Of a stretch of DNA of 64,000 bases, positions 50,856 through 64,000 are shown piece by piece. The number at the start of each line of letters is the position of its first letter. The first letter of the stretch is position 1. This stretch comes from Lama glama (taxonomy: Eukaryota), in assembly GCA_028534125.1 (NCBI GenBank), contig CM052817.1:29328001-29392000 (forward strand), in the 5' to 3' direction. The notes beneath the pieces were generated by a model. It made no database searches and had not been told where the DNA came from. It was given only the letters and a program-made list of their open reading frames with translations. Position numbers and translations under genes: made by a program.

Positions 50856-51299
50856 AACTAGAGAAACAGGGTGGCAGGGTGGGGAGAGACAGGATGGAGA
50901 AAGTCTATTTATTGGGGATTCCTTAACCCAGCAAGCCCTATAGTTTGAATGGCCACGTATGATATTCTCTCAAAGTTATAGTGAAACGAATATTAGATTT
51001 AGCCTTCTAAAGGTTTCTTTGTCCTGAAATTCTGTATCTGTCTTCAGGTGCAGAGAGCACTGCTGCAAAACTTCTACAGGTTAATTTGAACACTTTTGAA
51101 AGATTTTACTTGATGTGATGTTCAAAGTGAGGGACAGGGGTCAAAGAACTCGACTCTGAAAATTCATTATCTGTAATGGTTTTGAACAAACTCTTTCCTT
51201 AAATTTATTCATTTTATAGAAGATGGAGAAAGATTGCTTTGGGTTGTTACTCTAATCTCAAATTGTTTCATCCTACTCTAAAATTAAAGTTTTGAAGCA

Positions 51300-51830
51300 G
51301 CCATTTATTGAGCCCCTTCTTTAAGTCAGGCACTTGGCTGCAGGAATTGAGACACAAGACAAAAAGACGTGCTCTTTTGTCCTGATGCAAGACGTAAACA
51401 GATACATATAATGCCATATAAGTGGGTGTGTTATGATAGAGGCACAAACAGCATAAATTGAGAGAGAAGGTTAACCTACCTTAGACTTAGAATTGGGGTT
51501 TGGGGAATATGGGGGAAGATTTCTTTGTATTAGTGAAGTTTTAAAAGACTAGTTGTAATAACCAGGCCATGTCCAAGGCTGGAAGGGTGGAATGTGGAAA
51601 CATTATAGGAACAGCAACTGAAACAGATGATTAGGTTATAGTTGCAGGTATCCAGATGAGAAATACTGAGGGACAGATAGAAAAGCAATGACAGGGAGGA
51701 TGGAAAAAAGGAGGGACGTTAGAGAGCTGTAAATGAGACAGACTTATAGGAATGAATGACTGATGAGATGTGAAGGCCGAGAAAGGAAGAGGAGTTGAGG
51801 ATGGCTTCCTTGGGGCATGAATAAGTGCAT
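51300..51830 (-). mobile_element. L2 fragment
   Basis: 'catttattgagccccttct..aagtcaggcact' and 'gaggagttgaggatggcttcc'. Confidence 0.65.
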
Positions 51831-52878
51831 GGACAAATCTAGATTTCATATGTATCCACTATGTACATGCTCTGTAGAAAGGGGACAGAAGACGAGAACT
51901 TTCCATAGAAATCAGTACAGAGAATATTTATGTCCAAATTTGCTCATTGCAGCCTCAGGATTTTTGATAACAATATTGCAGAATGTACAGATACCAACAC
52001 ATGTAGAGAGAGAGAGATCCAGAATAAATGAAGATCCATTTCTAGAAATGATTTGTAACCTGCTGATTTTTATAGGTGGTTTGGAGACTCTTTTGTTAAT
52101 ATTTGTAGGCTATGGATTTGTAACCTGTTTGACTTAAATTATGTTGAAGTATTTCCTATAACATTACATATTCGAAAAACACACACTTTGTAATGGTCAT
52201 AAACCATTCAATCCCATGATGCTTTTGTACTTTGAGTAAGAACCCTAGTGTTTATTATAATTTAAAAACTTGTATTTAAATATTTTACCACATCAGCATC
52301 TAAATAATGGATGACCTATGTATGGCATTTTCCCTAGCCATGATGCTCTATGAAGAGGAGGATGGTCATCCCTTCATTGGCTCTGGGCCCTTAGAGTATG
52401 CCTGAACTCATGACCGGTTAGGCCACTGGCTCCACTTTCTCTGAAGCTGACAAGGATGACTTCTTCCTTCTCAGTGTCAAGATTTGGCTTTAGAGAAGAG
52501 AGGTTATGTGACATTTAGTTTCTCCCTTTCAAGTCAGCATTTTTTAGGGAATGGATTCCCTCATGGCTTCTTAGGTTACAAGGGTAACTGGGGCATTTAG
52601 CTGGGAGTCCTAGGGACCTGTACCAATTGCTCTCATTAGTGACTACAGTGGACCCTTTCCCACGTCACGTTTGACAACACGTCTACTGTGTATTTATTTC
52701 ATTTAACTAATGCATATTGTGTTTCTGCAAATGTACCAAAAGGGATGAAAATGACCTTTCACATCGTTCTTGTAAAAAAAAAAAAAAGGATAGAGAAGTA
52801 AATATTGCATTACACTGAAGAGCAAGGCAGCAGAGTCAAGGTTGGATGTGGCCCAGAAGTAATTTATATACATAAATT

Positions 52879-52880
<2 letters not shown>

Positions 52881-52928
<48 letters not shown>
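52881..52928 (+). repeat. (TA)n microsatellite with TA/CA-rich flank
   Basis: Perfect TA run of ~24 units. Confidence 0.97.
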
Positions 52929-52932
<4 letters not shown>

Positions 52933-55900
52933 CACACATATATAATATACACACATGCATAATATATACACATTTATTTTATACTTCAATATACACAAAC
53001 ATGATGTATATATATTTGTACACATATACAAACGGTCCATATAGAGAGATAAGAAGTCAATGTTTACCTCCATTTTTTGAAGTATTTAAAAATTTCCCAG
53101 CATTTAAAGATAACGAGATTTCACATAAAAATCTGAATTTTCTTGAAAAACTGGAATATCTAGAAATTCTGTTTCTGAATCCAAACATTGCAGCATTTCT
53201 ATATTCCTGCTTGGAAACAGCCAGGTAGACCTGAGTGGCTAATGTGTTTCTAGCATGCATTCGTTTGTCCTTTCTGGTTGTTCCATGAACTCTATAGTTG
53301 GTTAAAATAGGATAATTCACTAATTTTTACCTTATTTGTCTGTAAATATTTGATTTTGAAAATTCTGCTTTACCCTATGTGTTATAAAAAAGAGCATTTC
53401 AAGTCAAAGGATCTATTTCTTTGGCTATCATCTTCATAGATATAACTATAGGAAATCAAAACAATTGCTTAGTTCTGTTACTTCAGCCAAAAACTTCAAT
53501 TTAGAGAAAAATCAGCAAAATCCATAGTCTAAAGCTGAGCAAACATTTGAATGAACAAACTCTTTCTGTCAAATCCCTAAGCCTAGTAACTCCAAATGGA
53601 TGCAGCCTATATTTTTATAGGTACAGTGGAGATTTCACTTCTTGTCATCTGTGCACATCACTGAGAGTGATGATTTATGCTTGAAGCATGCTATACATAG
53701 GAGACCATTATCTTGGTTTTATGTTGGGTGGCATTCTTGCCACCTATTCCATTTTCAATTTCTTAGAGAAAGTAACATCTGAGCTCTTGGTCAGACACAA
53801 CACAGATTTTAAAATCATCTGTAGCCCTCAGGAAATGTTAGCAACAACAATAAAAGGACAATAATATAGTAGTAACTATCAAATGCTTTGCTTATAAAAT
53901 GAACACTGAGCTCAAACCTATTTCCCTTATGTGATTAATTCTTATGCTCCCACACTGGAAATCTATGATTTAATCACCCATGGCCATAGAAAATGCTCTG
54001 GAATAATAATTCTGGTAGCTACATGTATTTCAGGTTGGTCCTTCAGTTTCTAACAAAAGACACAGAAGATGAGCTTGTGTGATGATGGCTGACTATGTTA
54101 CTCCACAAAACCAGATGTGCTTCCTCTTTGTCATGGCTGAGGCCATTTATGTTCACAAGGAAGTCACTGACCTGGGAATCAAAGGTACGTATTTGGCCTT
54201 CCTGTGTCATTAAGTCAACACTGACAATTCCTCACCCTCCAGGATAAAAGTGAAAATTCCAGTCAATCTTTTAAATTTTCATAGCACTGAACTCCAAACT
54301 TTCACCCTTAAGGAAAGTGTTATTTTGTCTTTTTGTCTCAATCATAGTTTAAGTTATATCTCTCATAGATAACAGTGTATGCTCCATTGATGCACGGTTT
54401 AAGTTTATCTCAAAGTATGACATTCTAATTTTATAATATTTAACGTGAAAGATTCTCACAAACTGACTTGCAAAATACTCAATTTATTTAACTAAATTTC
54501 CCCTACAACTTTGTTAGTGGCTATAGAGGATTAAAAAAATAAGATACAGTAAGTTCTTTCACACCAAAATTTGAGATTGAATTTTACAGATAGTTGTTAA
54601 GTTAGCAAAATTTAAAAGCATAATATTTTTTAAAAATGAAACAAACACTGAACACATTTTATAATTTTGTTTTATCCTTGAGTCCCTATCAGGACTTTTT
54701 ACATTTACCTTAGGAAAGGATCTTCCAATACCTGACCTCTGCATATGTTATCTCTTGGTTTTTCTATTTGACTAACAGATTTTCTTTTTCACTATTCTTG
54801 TTAGTGTTCCATAACCATCTTGCCAAAATCCTTTTTTAGAAGGAACTGTATTTTTCTCTGTGAAAGTTAAATGTTTAGGGTTTTTCAAAAACAAGGTCTC
54901 ATTTTCTGCTCCAGAAAGTCTGAGTTGGTTGGGGATTTTTTTTTTCAATGAAGTTATTTTTGTTGAATTCCATAAAAAACAAAAACAAAAACAAAAAACT
55001 TTGAAAAAAAGGGAATTCACCTTTTTTCTATCTGCTGTTTCTTTTGATCTGTACATTCCTAGATCAAAATATATTACTTTGAGATGAGTTACAGATCCAC
55101 TGGTCTCTGAAAGAAGCCTCTTGGTATATTTAGGAAAATAAAGGGTTCTAAATCATTCTGAACTGGCTCTGTTGTCTTTGTCCTCTTTTCTAGAAACCCT
55201 CTGGAGTGCAGTGGTGTTAATGGAAAGGTCTAGGGGCTAATGTCTGTACTATAAGGTATAAGTTTTAATTGTTCTCCAGGAGAAATATTAACAAAGTACC
55301 TCAAGAGCATTTATTTCTGCTGGAGTAGAAGATCACTTAATTTAGGAAGACATGAGAGATGTGAAGATCTGTCACATTTGAGCTTTTAAGGTCGAGAAGT
55401 ATTGGAAGAGAATTTGAGAGAGAAGATAGGTAAAGAATATGACATAAAAAACTATACAAACACTGGCCTTTCAACTGGAAAGAATGTAGATTTTTCTTGC
55501 TGGATGATTTTCATCTTGCTAATTATTTTTGTGCGTGTTCCACCTGAAAGATCGAAACAGTTCTCTTAACAGTTGGCTGTCTACTGGGGGTATCAAGTGG
55601 CTACTTTGTCAGGACCAGAGTGCCGTTTGTTGTGTGTCTCACAGAGTTTTGCATGTTAATGCTAAGTGTGACATGGATAGTAGGGTTGGTGTTAGAGACT
55701 CTCTGAAGTGAGAACCACATTCATGATGAAACTGCGGAGTGTCAAAATGGGGAAACCATCTAGTAACTTCGCGAGGCTATGTTGGATTGTAACTTCCTTT
55801 TCATTAGCAATGGCACTGTTACGGAATAACGAGAGACCTTGAAGGGTAACAGGTCCGTCAGGTCAAAACAAATTGCTTCCAGTCATTTAGTGACTTAGAA

Positions 55901-56124
55901 TCTTCCAGTAACTCCTGGACTAAAATTTGGACATGGGATTTTGTTTACTTACATGTCTTTACAACTGTGGGCATATTATTGATAAACCTATCAAAGGTGA
56001 TTGTAGCTGATGATACAGTTTTAGATCCAATCCATGTTCTGTAGTTTCAGTGAGAAGAGAGGAATTAGCATTTATTGGATCCCTCCTGTGTGTCAGGAGG
56101 CTTTACTGTTTGTTCGGTTGCTTG

Positions 56125-56438
56125 TTTTTAATTTATATTTTATTGAGGTAACATTGGTTTATAACATAATGCAGGTTTTATATGTAAACATTATATTTCT
56201 ACTTTTGTACACACTACAGCGTGCTCACCACCAAAAATTTAGTTTCCACCCATCGCCATACAGGTGATCCCCCTGTATGCATTTTTAACCTCCCCACCAC
56301 CACCTCTCCCCCTCTGATAACCCCTGCTTTGTTCTCTATATCTATGTGTTTGTTTTTATTTGGCTTGGCTTGCTCATTTATTTTGTTGTTTATTTTTTGT
56401 ATTGCACATATGAGTGAAATCATGTGATATTCGTCTTT
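56125..56438 (-). mobile_element. L1 3' end, same subfamily as 18483-24649, inserted in a MIR remnant
   Basis: 'ttattgaggtaacattggtttataacat' and 'cacatatgagtgaaatcat' closely match 18500-18760. Confidence 0.9.
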
Positions 56439-56719
56439 ACCTGTGTTCTCTCATCCAGTCTTCCCAGTGAGATTGTTGCTGTTACTCACAATTTACAAAA
56501 GACAGAAATTAAGAGGAATGAAGTGGGGTGGATATGTCTAAATCTGTATTTGTTTGTTTCCTTAGTACCTTTGTTTTTAATGCCTGCAGCTCACCTCCTC
56601 TTGTACCGCATCGTATCATTACATACTTGGCCCTTCTTTCTTCACCTCCTATATATTAGATTGCTTAAGGAGCAATCTTACGATATGGATAAACTGAAAA
56701 TGATTAATCTACTTGTGGC

Positions 56720-56925
56720 CTCATGATTGTGCCACGGCCAATAAGTGTTCTCTATCAGGGATTGGTGTAACCACTGTGGAAGAGGGGGTCCTTCTCTTTC
56801 TGTGATCTTGAACTTGACAAAACACATCATCCTGGAACTCTTTGGCCTCCATCTTTGCTCACATAGGAAGAGATCTTACGTAAGAATAAAGGCAATAGAA
56901 GGCATGAAATAACTGAGAGATAGGA
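56720..56925 (+). mobile_element. MLT1K/L-like LTR fragment
   Basis: 'ggccaataag', 'cctggaactctttggcctccatctt' and 'gaataaaggcaatagaagg'. Confidence 0.5.
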
Positions 56926-57971
56926 AAAATAGCCTGATTTAGGAATTTTAACTCATTGTTTAAAAAATCTGGCCATAAAACTTAGTCGAGGGAAGGCAGC
57001 TGTCCTTGTAAGTAAGGACAATAATTACTATGCCTAGAATCTTTCTTGGAGCACTTGTATTCTCATCACTAAAATCTGCTTCATTCTCAATCAGTTCAAA
57101 ACCTAATTCCTTGAACTATTTAGGACAAATCTATGATAGGTATTGATCCCACAAAAGTGACTTCAGTTAGTAAAAGGCAAGTGAATTTATGGAACATGTT
57201 GAGCAGAGGAGTAATTAAGTTTAGTTTAAAATTTAGAAATTAAGGAGGGAATTCTGTTTTTAGTTCTGGGTAGTTTTAAGGGATAGGAAGCATAGTGGTA
57301 ATTTTTGCTCACTGTGTTCACTGCGCTTGCAGTGTGTGAGTTGTGAATGTGTTTCTCTGAATTTGCAAAAGCAACATTGGAAATACCAGTACAGAATTGG
57401 CCCTAGGGGTAAAATCTGTATTGGACTTGATAAGTTGCAACCTTGTGTCCTGGGGCTTGGCTGTCTCTTTCTCTTCTCAATTGTGTTTGAATCGTTGAGG
57501 GGCATTTTTTCTTGCTTGACGTACATGCTGTGTTCAGCAGGCCTATGAGTAGTGACTATCCTAATGGTTTTTACTTCCTGGAAATAGTTCATTCAGAGGC
57601 CAGATAATGCCTGATGGCACTGAATCTCCCTTTTCTGAAGAAGGATAATAACAAGGCTGTCTTTTTTTCCCTGTTGCAAAGGGGAGAAAGTGTTCTCCGA
57701 AGACTCTTTGGGGACATAGCTGTGCAGATGCAGTTCAAACTGTTACTGGCAAGTTACTGGGTATCTCCTCGGCACAGGCCCCTTGGTTGGGAATACATAT
57801 TGTTAATCTTCAAGCCATTTTTCAAGGTTTAAATGATGATGGGATTAAGGCGCCAAGAATTTCTAAGTAACAGAAGCATACATGAAAATGTGAATGGAAT
57901 GATGCTTGTGAAAATGGATTGTACTGAGTCGGCACTCAGTGTCAGCTCTTTCCTCTTCCTTTCTTCCCCTC

Positions 57972-58304
57972 TACGATAGTCTGAATATTTTATGTCCCTC
58001 CTGCTCCCCAAATTCGTGTGTTGAAACCTAATGCCCAGTGTAGCAGGAGATGGGGCCTCTAGGAGGTGATTTGGTCTTGCTGGGCAGCCCTCATGAATGG
58101 GATCTGGTGCTCTTGTAAAGAAGCCCGAGAGACAGCTCCCTTTCCCCTTCTGACATCTGAGTTACAGTGAGAAGACAGCCATCGATAAAGAAACTGAAGC
58201 TCACCAGACACCAAATATGCCAGTGCATATTCTGGACTTCCCAGCCTCCGGAACCGTGAGAAATAAATTTCTGTTCGTTACAGCAACCTGATCAGACTAA
58301 GACA
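57972..58304 (+). mobile_element. MaLR solo LTR (MLT1A0-like)
   Basis: 'ccccaaattcgtgtgttgaaacctaa', 'gccctcatgaatgggat' and 'ggacttcccagcctccggaaccgtgagaaataaatttctgtt'; ends gactaagaca; 5-bp TSD-like ccctc/ccttc. Confidence 0.92.
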
Positions 58305-60084
58305 CCTTCCTTTTTCTCCTTTCCATCTTTTCCTCTTTTCCTTGCTTCCTCTGTTGAATACTTACAGCATTTTCCATCCTTCTCTTTGTTTATTGCAATG
58401 ACTGGATTTGGCAATTTGTGAAATTTCCAAGCCTTTTTCAATCCTACATTAAAACCTATGTTAAATGTTTGGTGAATTTTACAGCTCCAGATACAGTGAA
58501 TGCTTTATATTGACCTTGTTTACTAAGCACAGGAAATTCCCAGGTATTGTGGCTGCAGTGGATCGTGCATTCACGTCAGAATGAGCTAAATTCTAAAAAT
58601 AGGTTATGTTCTGTACGTTAGGTTCTTCCCTAGTGCTTTTCAACCTCTGTTTCTCAGAAACAGTTGATGCAGCTCAGAGGCAGAAAAGAACAGTGAGAGT
58701 GAATTCATAATTCACTGTGGGAGGAAATGATACTAAATTGCTAATGAGTTCTGACACATATGTCGTCACAAAGTGCTCCAAGTCCTGGTAACATTTTTAG
58801 GAGTAGCCTTGCTGAAAAGTTATATATTTCAAGTTTCAAATATGTGTCCATGGTTTATATGTTTATATATTTGTAGCTCATGATTCAGGATCTGTCTTGG
58901 TATTCTATCTATGTGATATATAATATACGTAGATACAGATACATATGACAGTTTCTAATACTTTGGAGACATAATCTTTTTAAATACCCTAAATTTTTCA
59001 TTATATAACTGAATTCTTTAATTAGTTTTTCCCATTTTACTAGGATGACAGCCTTAGATTTAAAAACAAACAAAAGAGGCAACTCTGAATTTGTCTGTTT
59101 TCCACAGGCATGTCTAGATTTTGCTTACTGCCTCAGTCGTTGTTAATGTAAAGCAATGGTTATATGCTACTGAACTTGAGGTCTCAGATTGATCTGATAA
59201 TATGTACAGATTTTATCAACTGGCTGGTTGGGGGCAGTAAGAACTCAACTAATGGTTGATAAATGAGAAATAAAATGAGAACTTCCCCTACCATGGCTGA
59301 AAATTGTGTTGAGCTATAATTACACATTTGTGTGTCTGCCTTGTCTTTCTGTGTGTCAGCACCTACGAGAGAGTAGTCATGCCATGTTCAGTCTTGTGTT
59401 GTTCTCAGTGCCTCTTGTGATGCTGGACACATAATCTGTCAAACCCCATGGCAGAGAACAGTGAATGTGTGACCAGTGGGAGCTAAGGATGTAGTTTGCA
59501 GAGGTCAGTTACAACCACCATGCTCCTGTGAAGTCTTTGGTTTTTGAAATTCATTTGGGCTTAGATTCCTTACCATAAAATGCACAAGCTGCTTACCTGA
59601 ATGAGCAAAAGAGGGTTGCTTTAAATTACGTGGTGTTGAATCAGATTTACATGCCAGGACATATGTCGTATTTACCCTGAAGTATCTGATGGTGGTTACC
59701 TAATCAGGGTATGTTGAATTTAACTGAATTTGGCAGTCCAGTTTCAGAAAGCCAAGAATACAGACAGTTTAGTTGGAGACAAGGGAGATACAGTTTTTAA
59801 TCCTCTGCCTCCCTTCCAGTATTCTGTATCACTCTTTGCCCGTGTTCCTTCATCTCCACGTCTTGATTACTTCCAGCAGCCTTTATACATCACCTCTTGG
59901 CCTTTGTTCCAGATCTCCGGGGAAGGACTCACAATGGCTGCTATACGTAGGCTCCAAGCTCACTTTGTCACTGTTAAAGGATCTTTAGTCTGGTGAGGGC
60001 CTATAGAGACAAATCACTGTGCCAACTGGCTGGCTCTAATGGCTGAATTCTGATTTTTGAATTACAGTCTGTGTATCATAATGA

Positions 60085-60400
60085 CAAGATCATGGGCAGT
60101 GGGATCTGACAGAGCTGGACCCAAATCCTGGCTCTCTCTATGCCAATGGTGAATCCTCGGGCAGATCATTTAAGCTTTCCATGACTGGCATTGTTTGGGG
60201 TGCTCTGTATATTTGATTTAACTTGTTCCTCATTGTTACTTCCTGAGGTTGATACTTTTATGTTCATTGTACACATCAAAGGGCACTCTGCCTTTAAGGT
60301 CTTTAAGAGGTAAGACATGGTGCTGATTACTGCATCTGCAAAGTGGCAGAGGTAGAAATGAACTCTATCAGTCGAATGTTAAAGTACTTTTTGTGCAACC
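60085..60400. mobile_element. Two opposed MIR fragments
   Basis: + strand 'aaatcctggctct...atcctcgggcagatcatttaagc'; minus strand 'cctgaggttgatact...aagtggcagaggtagaaatgaactc'. Confidence 0.55.
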
Positions 60401-60474
60401 CGCTATCCTCTGAAATGATTAACCAAGATCTTAGAGAAGACGCTTCCAAGTATTATAGTAGAATTTATAATAGA

Positions 60475-61755
60475 ATTTATTTTTAAACCAGTGTTACATT
60501 TACAGAAAAATTGAGAAGATAGTAGAAAGTGTTCCCATATACCCAGTCCTAGGATCCTCTTTTATTAACATCTTTTACATTAATATGGTACATTTACTAC
60601 AATTAATGATCCAAGATTGATATACAATTTTTAACAAAGTCCATAATTCGTTCAGATTTGCTAAGTTTTTATCTAATATCCTCTTTCTGTCTCAGGAGCC
60701 CATCCAGTGCATTGTATTCCATTTAACTGTCCTGTCTCCTTCTGCCCCTATAGGCTATGGCAATTTCTCAGACTTTCCTTGTTTCTGATCCTTTGATAGT
60801 TTTGCAGAGTATTGGTGAGGTGTTTTGTAGGCTTCTCCTCTACTGGAATTTTTCAGTTGTTTTTCTCATGCTTAGAGTTGGGTTATAGGTTTTAGGGAGG
60901 AAGGTCACAGACATAAACTGCTGTTTTCATCACATCATATGAAGGATGTATAATAAACAGTATGATTCGTGACTGTTGATGGTAACCCTGGCCGAGGTAG
61001 TGTTTGTCAGATTCTCCACTGTAAACGTACTCTTTTCCCCATCTTTCCATATTGTACTCTTTAGAAGAGTTACTGTGAGCAGCCCACATTTATGGGATAG
61101 AGATTTATGCTCCCCCTCCTTGAGGGAGAAATATCAACCTAAACTATTTGGAATTATTCTGGATGGGAGACTTTTCTTTCTTTATTAACTTGCTTAATAA
61201 TTTATAAACATGAGAATGGACTCATAGGTATTAATTTTATTATTTTGGGTTATAATATAATGAATTTACTTATTTTGTTGCTCAAATTTTCCTAGTTTTG
61301 GCCGTTGAGAGCTCTTCCATCCAGGTGGTCCCTGAATCCCTTTAACATATTCCCACATACCTCCAATGTTCTGTGTTTTTTTGCTTGTTTGTTTGTTTGT
61401 TTGTTTTTTCAGTATGTCCTTACTTTCTGCACTGGAACATGTTCTAAGCTCATCTTTTATAATTCCTGCCCCAATCCTTGAGTCAGACATTTCTCCAAGG
61501 AGCTTCTGGTTCCTTTCATAGGAAAATGACATTAAAAACCAAGATCTGTGCTTTTTGCTATTGAGGGGGACCTCTCAGCTGACAGAGCAAAGAAACGTAT
61601 GTGTGTGTACTAACCCATGTATATGCATAAATGTATAAATATTACTATTTGCAACCATATATAATATATTCAGCTAAATATGAGTTGCTACTGATGTCTC
61701 CAAGTCTAATCCATGACTACATGGCTCATTCTAGCTTTTTCCCCTTGCTTATTGT
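60475..61755 (-). mobile_element. L1MC/L1MD-type 3' UTR (~1.3 kb)
   Basis: 'tttacagaaaaattgagaagatagta', 'gcaatttctcagactttccttgttt', 'ttttagggaggaaggtcacaga' and 'gacatttctccaaggagc'. Confidence 0.88.
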
Positions 61756-61799
61756 AATGTATTTTAATATAACATGGGCGTAAAATTATTTCTCCCTGC

Positions 61800-62060
61800 T
61801 GATGATAAAGATAACATTTATTGATGACTTAATAAGCTTCAGACATTGATCATAGAACTTTATTTGAATTAACGCATTCCATTCTCACCACTAGACTGGA
61901 GGTAGTGAGGACGCCCTTTTTTCTTAAAGTTTTATTTTGAAGAACTTAATTTTTGCATATTTAAAACATATATACAAAGAGAAAGAAAGAAACTCAGAGA
62001 TACTTAGTAACTTGGCCAATATCATGTAGTGCTGAGCAGAGTAGCTTGTATTCTCTGACT
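61800..62060 (-). mobile_element. MIR fragment(s)
   Basis: 'gataacatttattga' and 'actcagagatacttagtaacttggccaatatca'. Confidence 0.6.
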
Positions 62061-63109
62061 TCAGAGCTGGTCGCTACCGTCTGCAGACTAACTCTTGACT
62101 CCCAGTCCTCCTTGGCTCCCATCGTGGGCCTCAGTGGGGTGAATACAGTGTGGGCACCTTCAGGAAGACTGCCACAGCTGAGGTGTTGATGTGACCAAAT
62201 ACATTAGAGATGCCAATAGTTTTATCATTTTAAGGCAGTATCAATGCACATCTATTTATCTAATGAGAACAATGACCAAGAGATTGTAGAGGAGTTTAAT
62301 AAACACAGAGAAGCTTCTGTTTATTTTTACACAACTCTTCCCTCTGACAGCTGCTATTTGCTTTAAAAAATGCTGAAATTGTGTCTTTGGAGAGCATGTG
62401 TACTAAGGATATATGAAAGTAATGACAGGTTCACAGGAGCAGTCGGAAGTGCTTTTTCATTCGCCACAAGTGAGTGTTAATAAATAAATGGTTACACCAA
62501 AATATTCAGGGCATTCAATGCCTAGGACTTGTATGAATGTGGTGTTTTGGGGTTCCAGGATCTGGGAATAAGTAAAATTCTGAGGAGTTACTCTTTGTCA
62601 TGAGAGCATATGGATCCCGAGGAGGAAACATACGCTGATAGATTGAATTGTGGAAATAGTTGTTACCCTCTACTCACTAGGACTACTCTGCTTATATGGT
62701 TACAGGCTTGAGTAGACATGAACTCACGTGTGTAAACATCCTGAATTTCCTCAGCTCGATTCTATATAAGTGAGTGTAACCATCTCCTTAGGGCTATATC
62801 TATGCAAGATGAGTTCCATTGTGATTATTTGGTTTGGCCCTTACCAGTATCCCTAAGAACTCCCCAAGTTACTCATGACTGTTAGCTTTTATAATCAATA
62901 TTTGCATAACCTCTGAGTCACAGATTCTCAATATAAAGTTAACAGGCAGTTATCAATCCCCTATTAAATACAAAGCAATTTAAGAGCATTTTATGTGTAA
63001 CCTTTCTTTTAATCTTTATGACAGTTCTATGAGATGGACACTAGTAATTACCCTTGTTTTATAAGTGAAAAATGTGAAAAATATTAAGAGACTGAAAAAT
63101 GTATGCATA

Positions 63110-63625
63110 TATGTGCCAAGAGACATATACAAGGGTTTTTAGGTAAGCCCTTCATAATCCCTAAAATCCCAAATGACAATCTGTCGTAAATTGGATACAT
63201 GCATTATGGTAAATGTCCACCAGGGACATTGATACAATAGCGAAAATGAATGAGCTTTGGAAATGTGCAATAGCATGGTTAATTCTTGGTTTCATAATGC
63301 TGAATGTTTTAAATTTAAATATTAGAAGTCTTAGAAAACTACATGCAGCTTGAAGTTCTTTAAAAAAATTCAAACATAAACTCAGCCACACACACACACA
63401 CATGTGCACACACCTCTACACATAACCAGTATTAAAATACGGGATAACAATTACTTCTGGTTGTAGACAGGATGGGAACACGTGTAATCAGGATAGGAAA
63501 AAAGCACATGAGGTACATGGGTACATGTAAATTATTTTCAAAGATCTAGTTATTGGATTTGGTACTAAATTCACAAGTATTCATTAGATTCTTAAAAATA
63601 CATATAGAAATAAATCAAATAAAAA
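63110..63625 (+). mobile_element. Ancient L1 (L1ME-type) 3' end
   Basis: 'acatatacaaggg', 'aatgaatgagct' and 'aaattcacaagtattcatta' followed by an A-rich tail. Confidence 0.5.
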
Positions 63626-64000
63626 GTGCCAGATTTGTATCAATTAATACAATGTACCATGAGCCACATATTGTGAGTAATCTCATTCTGTGTTCCTGTG
63701 CTCCATTAAAAATTATTCCCTGATATAATGATTACTCAAATAATAATTTACATTCAAGTGTGATAGTTATATGATGCAAATAATACTTACAGCTCTGGTA
63801 CTTTTGATGGTTTAGGAAGAGGGCACAACTGCATTCTAGTAGAAATAGCCCTGGACTTGGACTAAACCACAGAATTCCATTACTCATTAGTCCCAAGTGG
63901 AATGATAGATAACATGCTTTTTTTCCTCTAATCTTAATATACATAACACTAATTACTATTAGACTAGAAGTAATTAATACCTGTGATAATAGTACAAATG

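Noticed and set aside
52703..53228. YI/IY-repeat ORFs
   Set aside because: Translations of the (TA)n microsatellite
59591..59615. Minus-strand recursive-splice-like motif ccctcttttgctcattcag|gtaagc
   Set aside because: A single motif can occur by chance, it is opposite to the inferred host strand, and there is no supporting exon context

Overview
AT-rich, CpG-depleted mammalian non-coding DNA (intergenic or a long intron). It is most likely from a camelid, judged from three tRNA-derived SINEs of the Vic-1 type and cetartiodactyl-style L1 3' ends. I see no intact protein-coding gene, RNA gene or CRISPR array. The ORF-track entries are either decayed L1 ORF2 pieces or chance and low-complexity ORFs. 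About half of the window is recognisable transposable-element debris: L1 of many ages, including a ~13 kb nested cluster at 17.6-31 kb that holds a near-full-length 6.2 kb L1, plus L2, MIR, MaLR/ERVL LTRs, an ERVL internal remnant and hAT DNA transposons (Zaphod/MER115, MER53, MER33/Charlie1). The most notable items are: (i) a 5'-truncated retrocopy that I recognise from memory as the distal PPP1CB 3'UTR, itself interrupted by an L1 tip with a probable short 3' transduction; (ii) a 174-bp TSD-flanked insertion made of an inverted L1 endonuclease fragment, the twin-priming signature; (iii) a MER53 MITE with a duplicated core and a near-perfect miR-1302-like sequence; (iv) fossil hAT transposase and ERVL integrase/dUTPase motifs. 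I found no convincing novel biological system. Repeat subfamily names come from my recall of consensus sequences, not from a search, and boundaries of old repeats are approximate.
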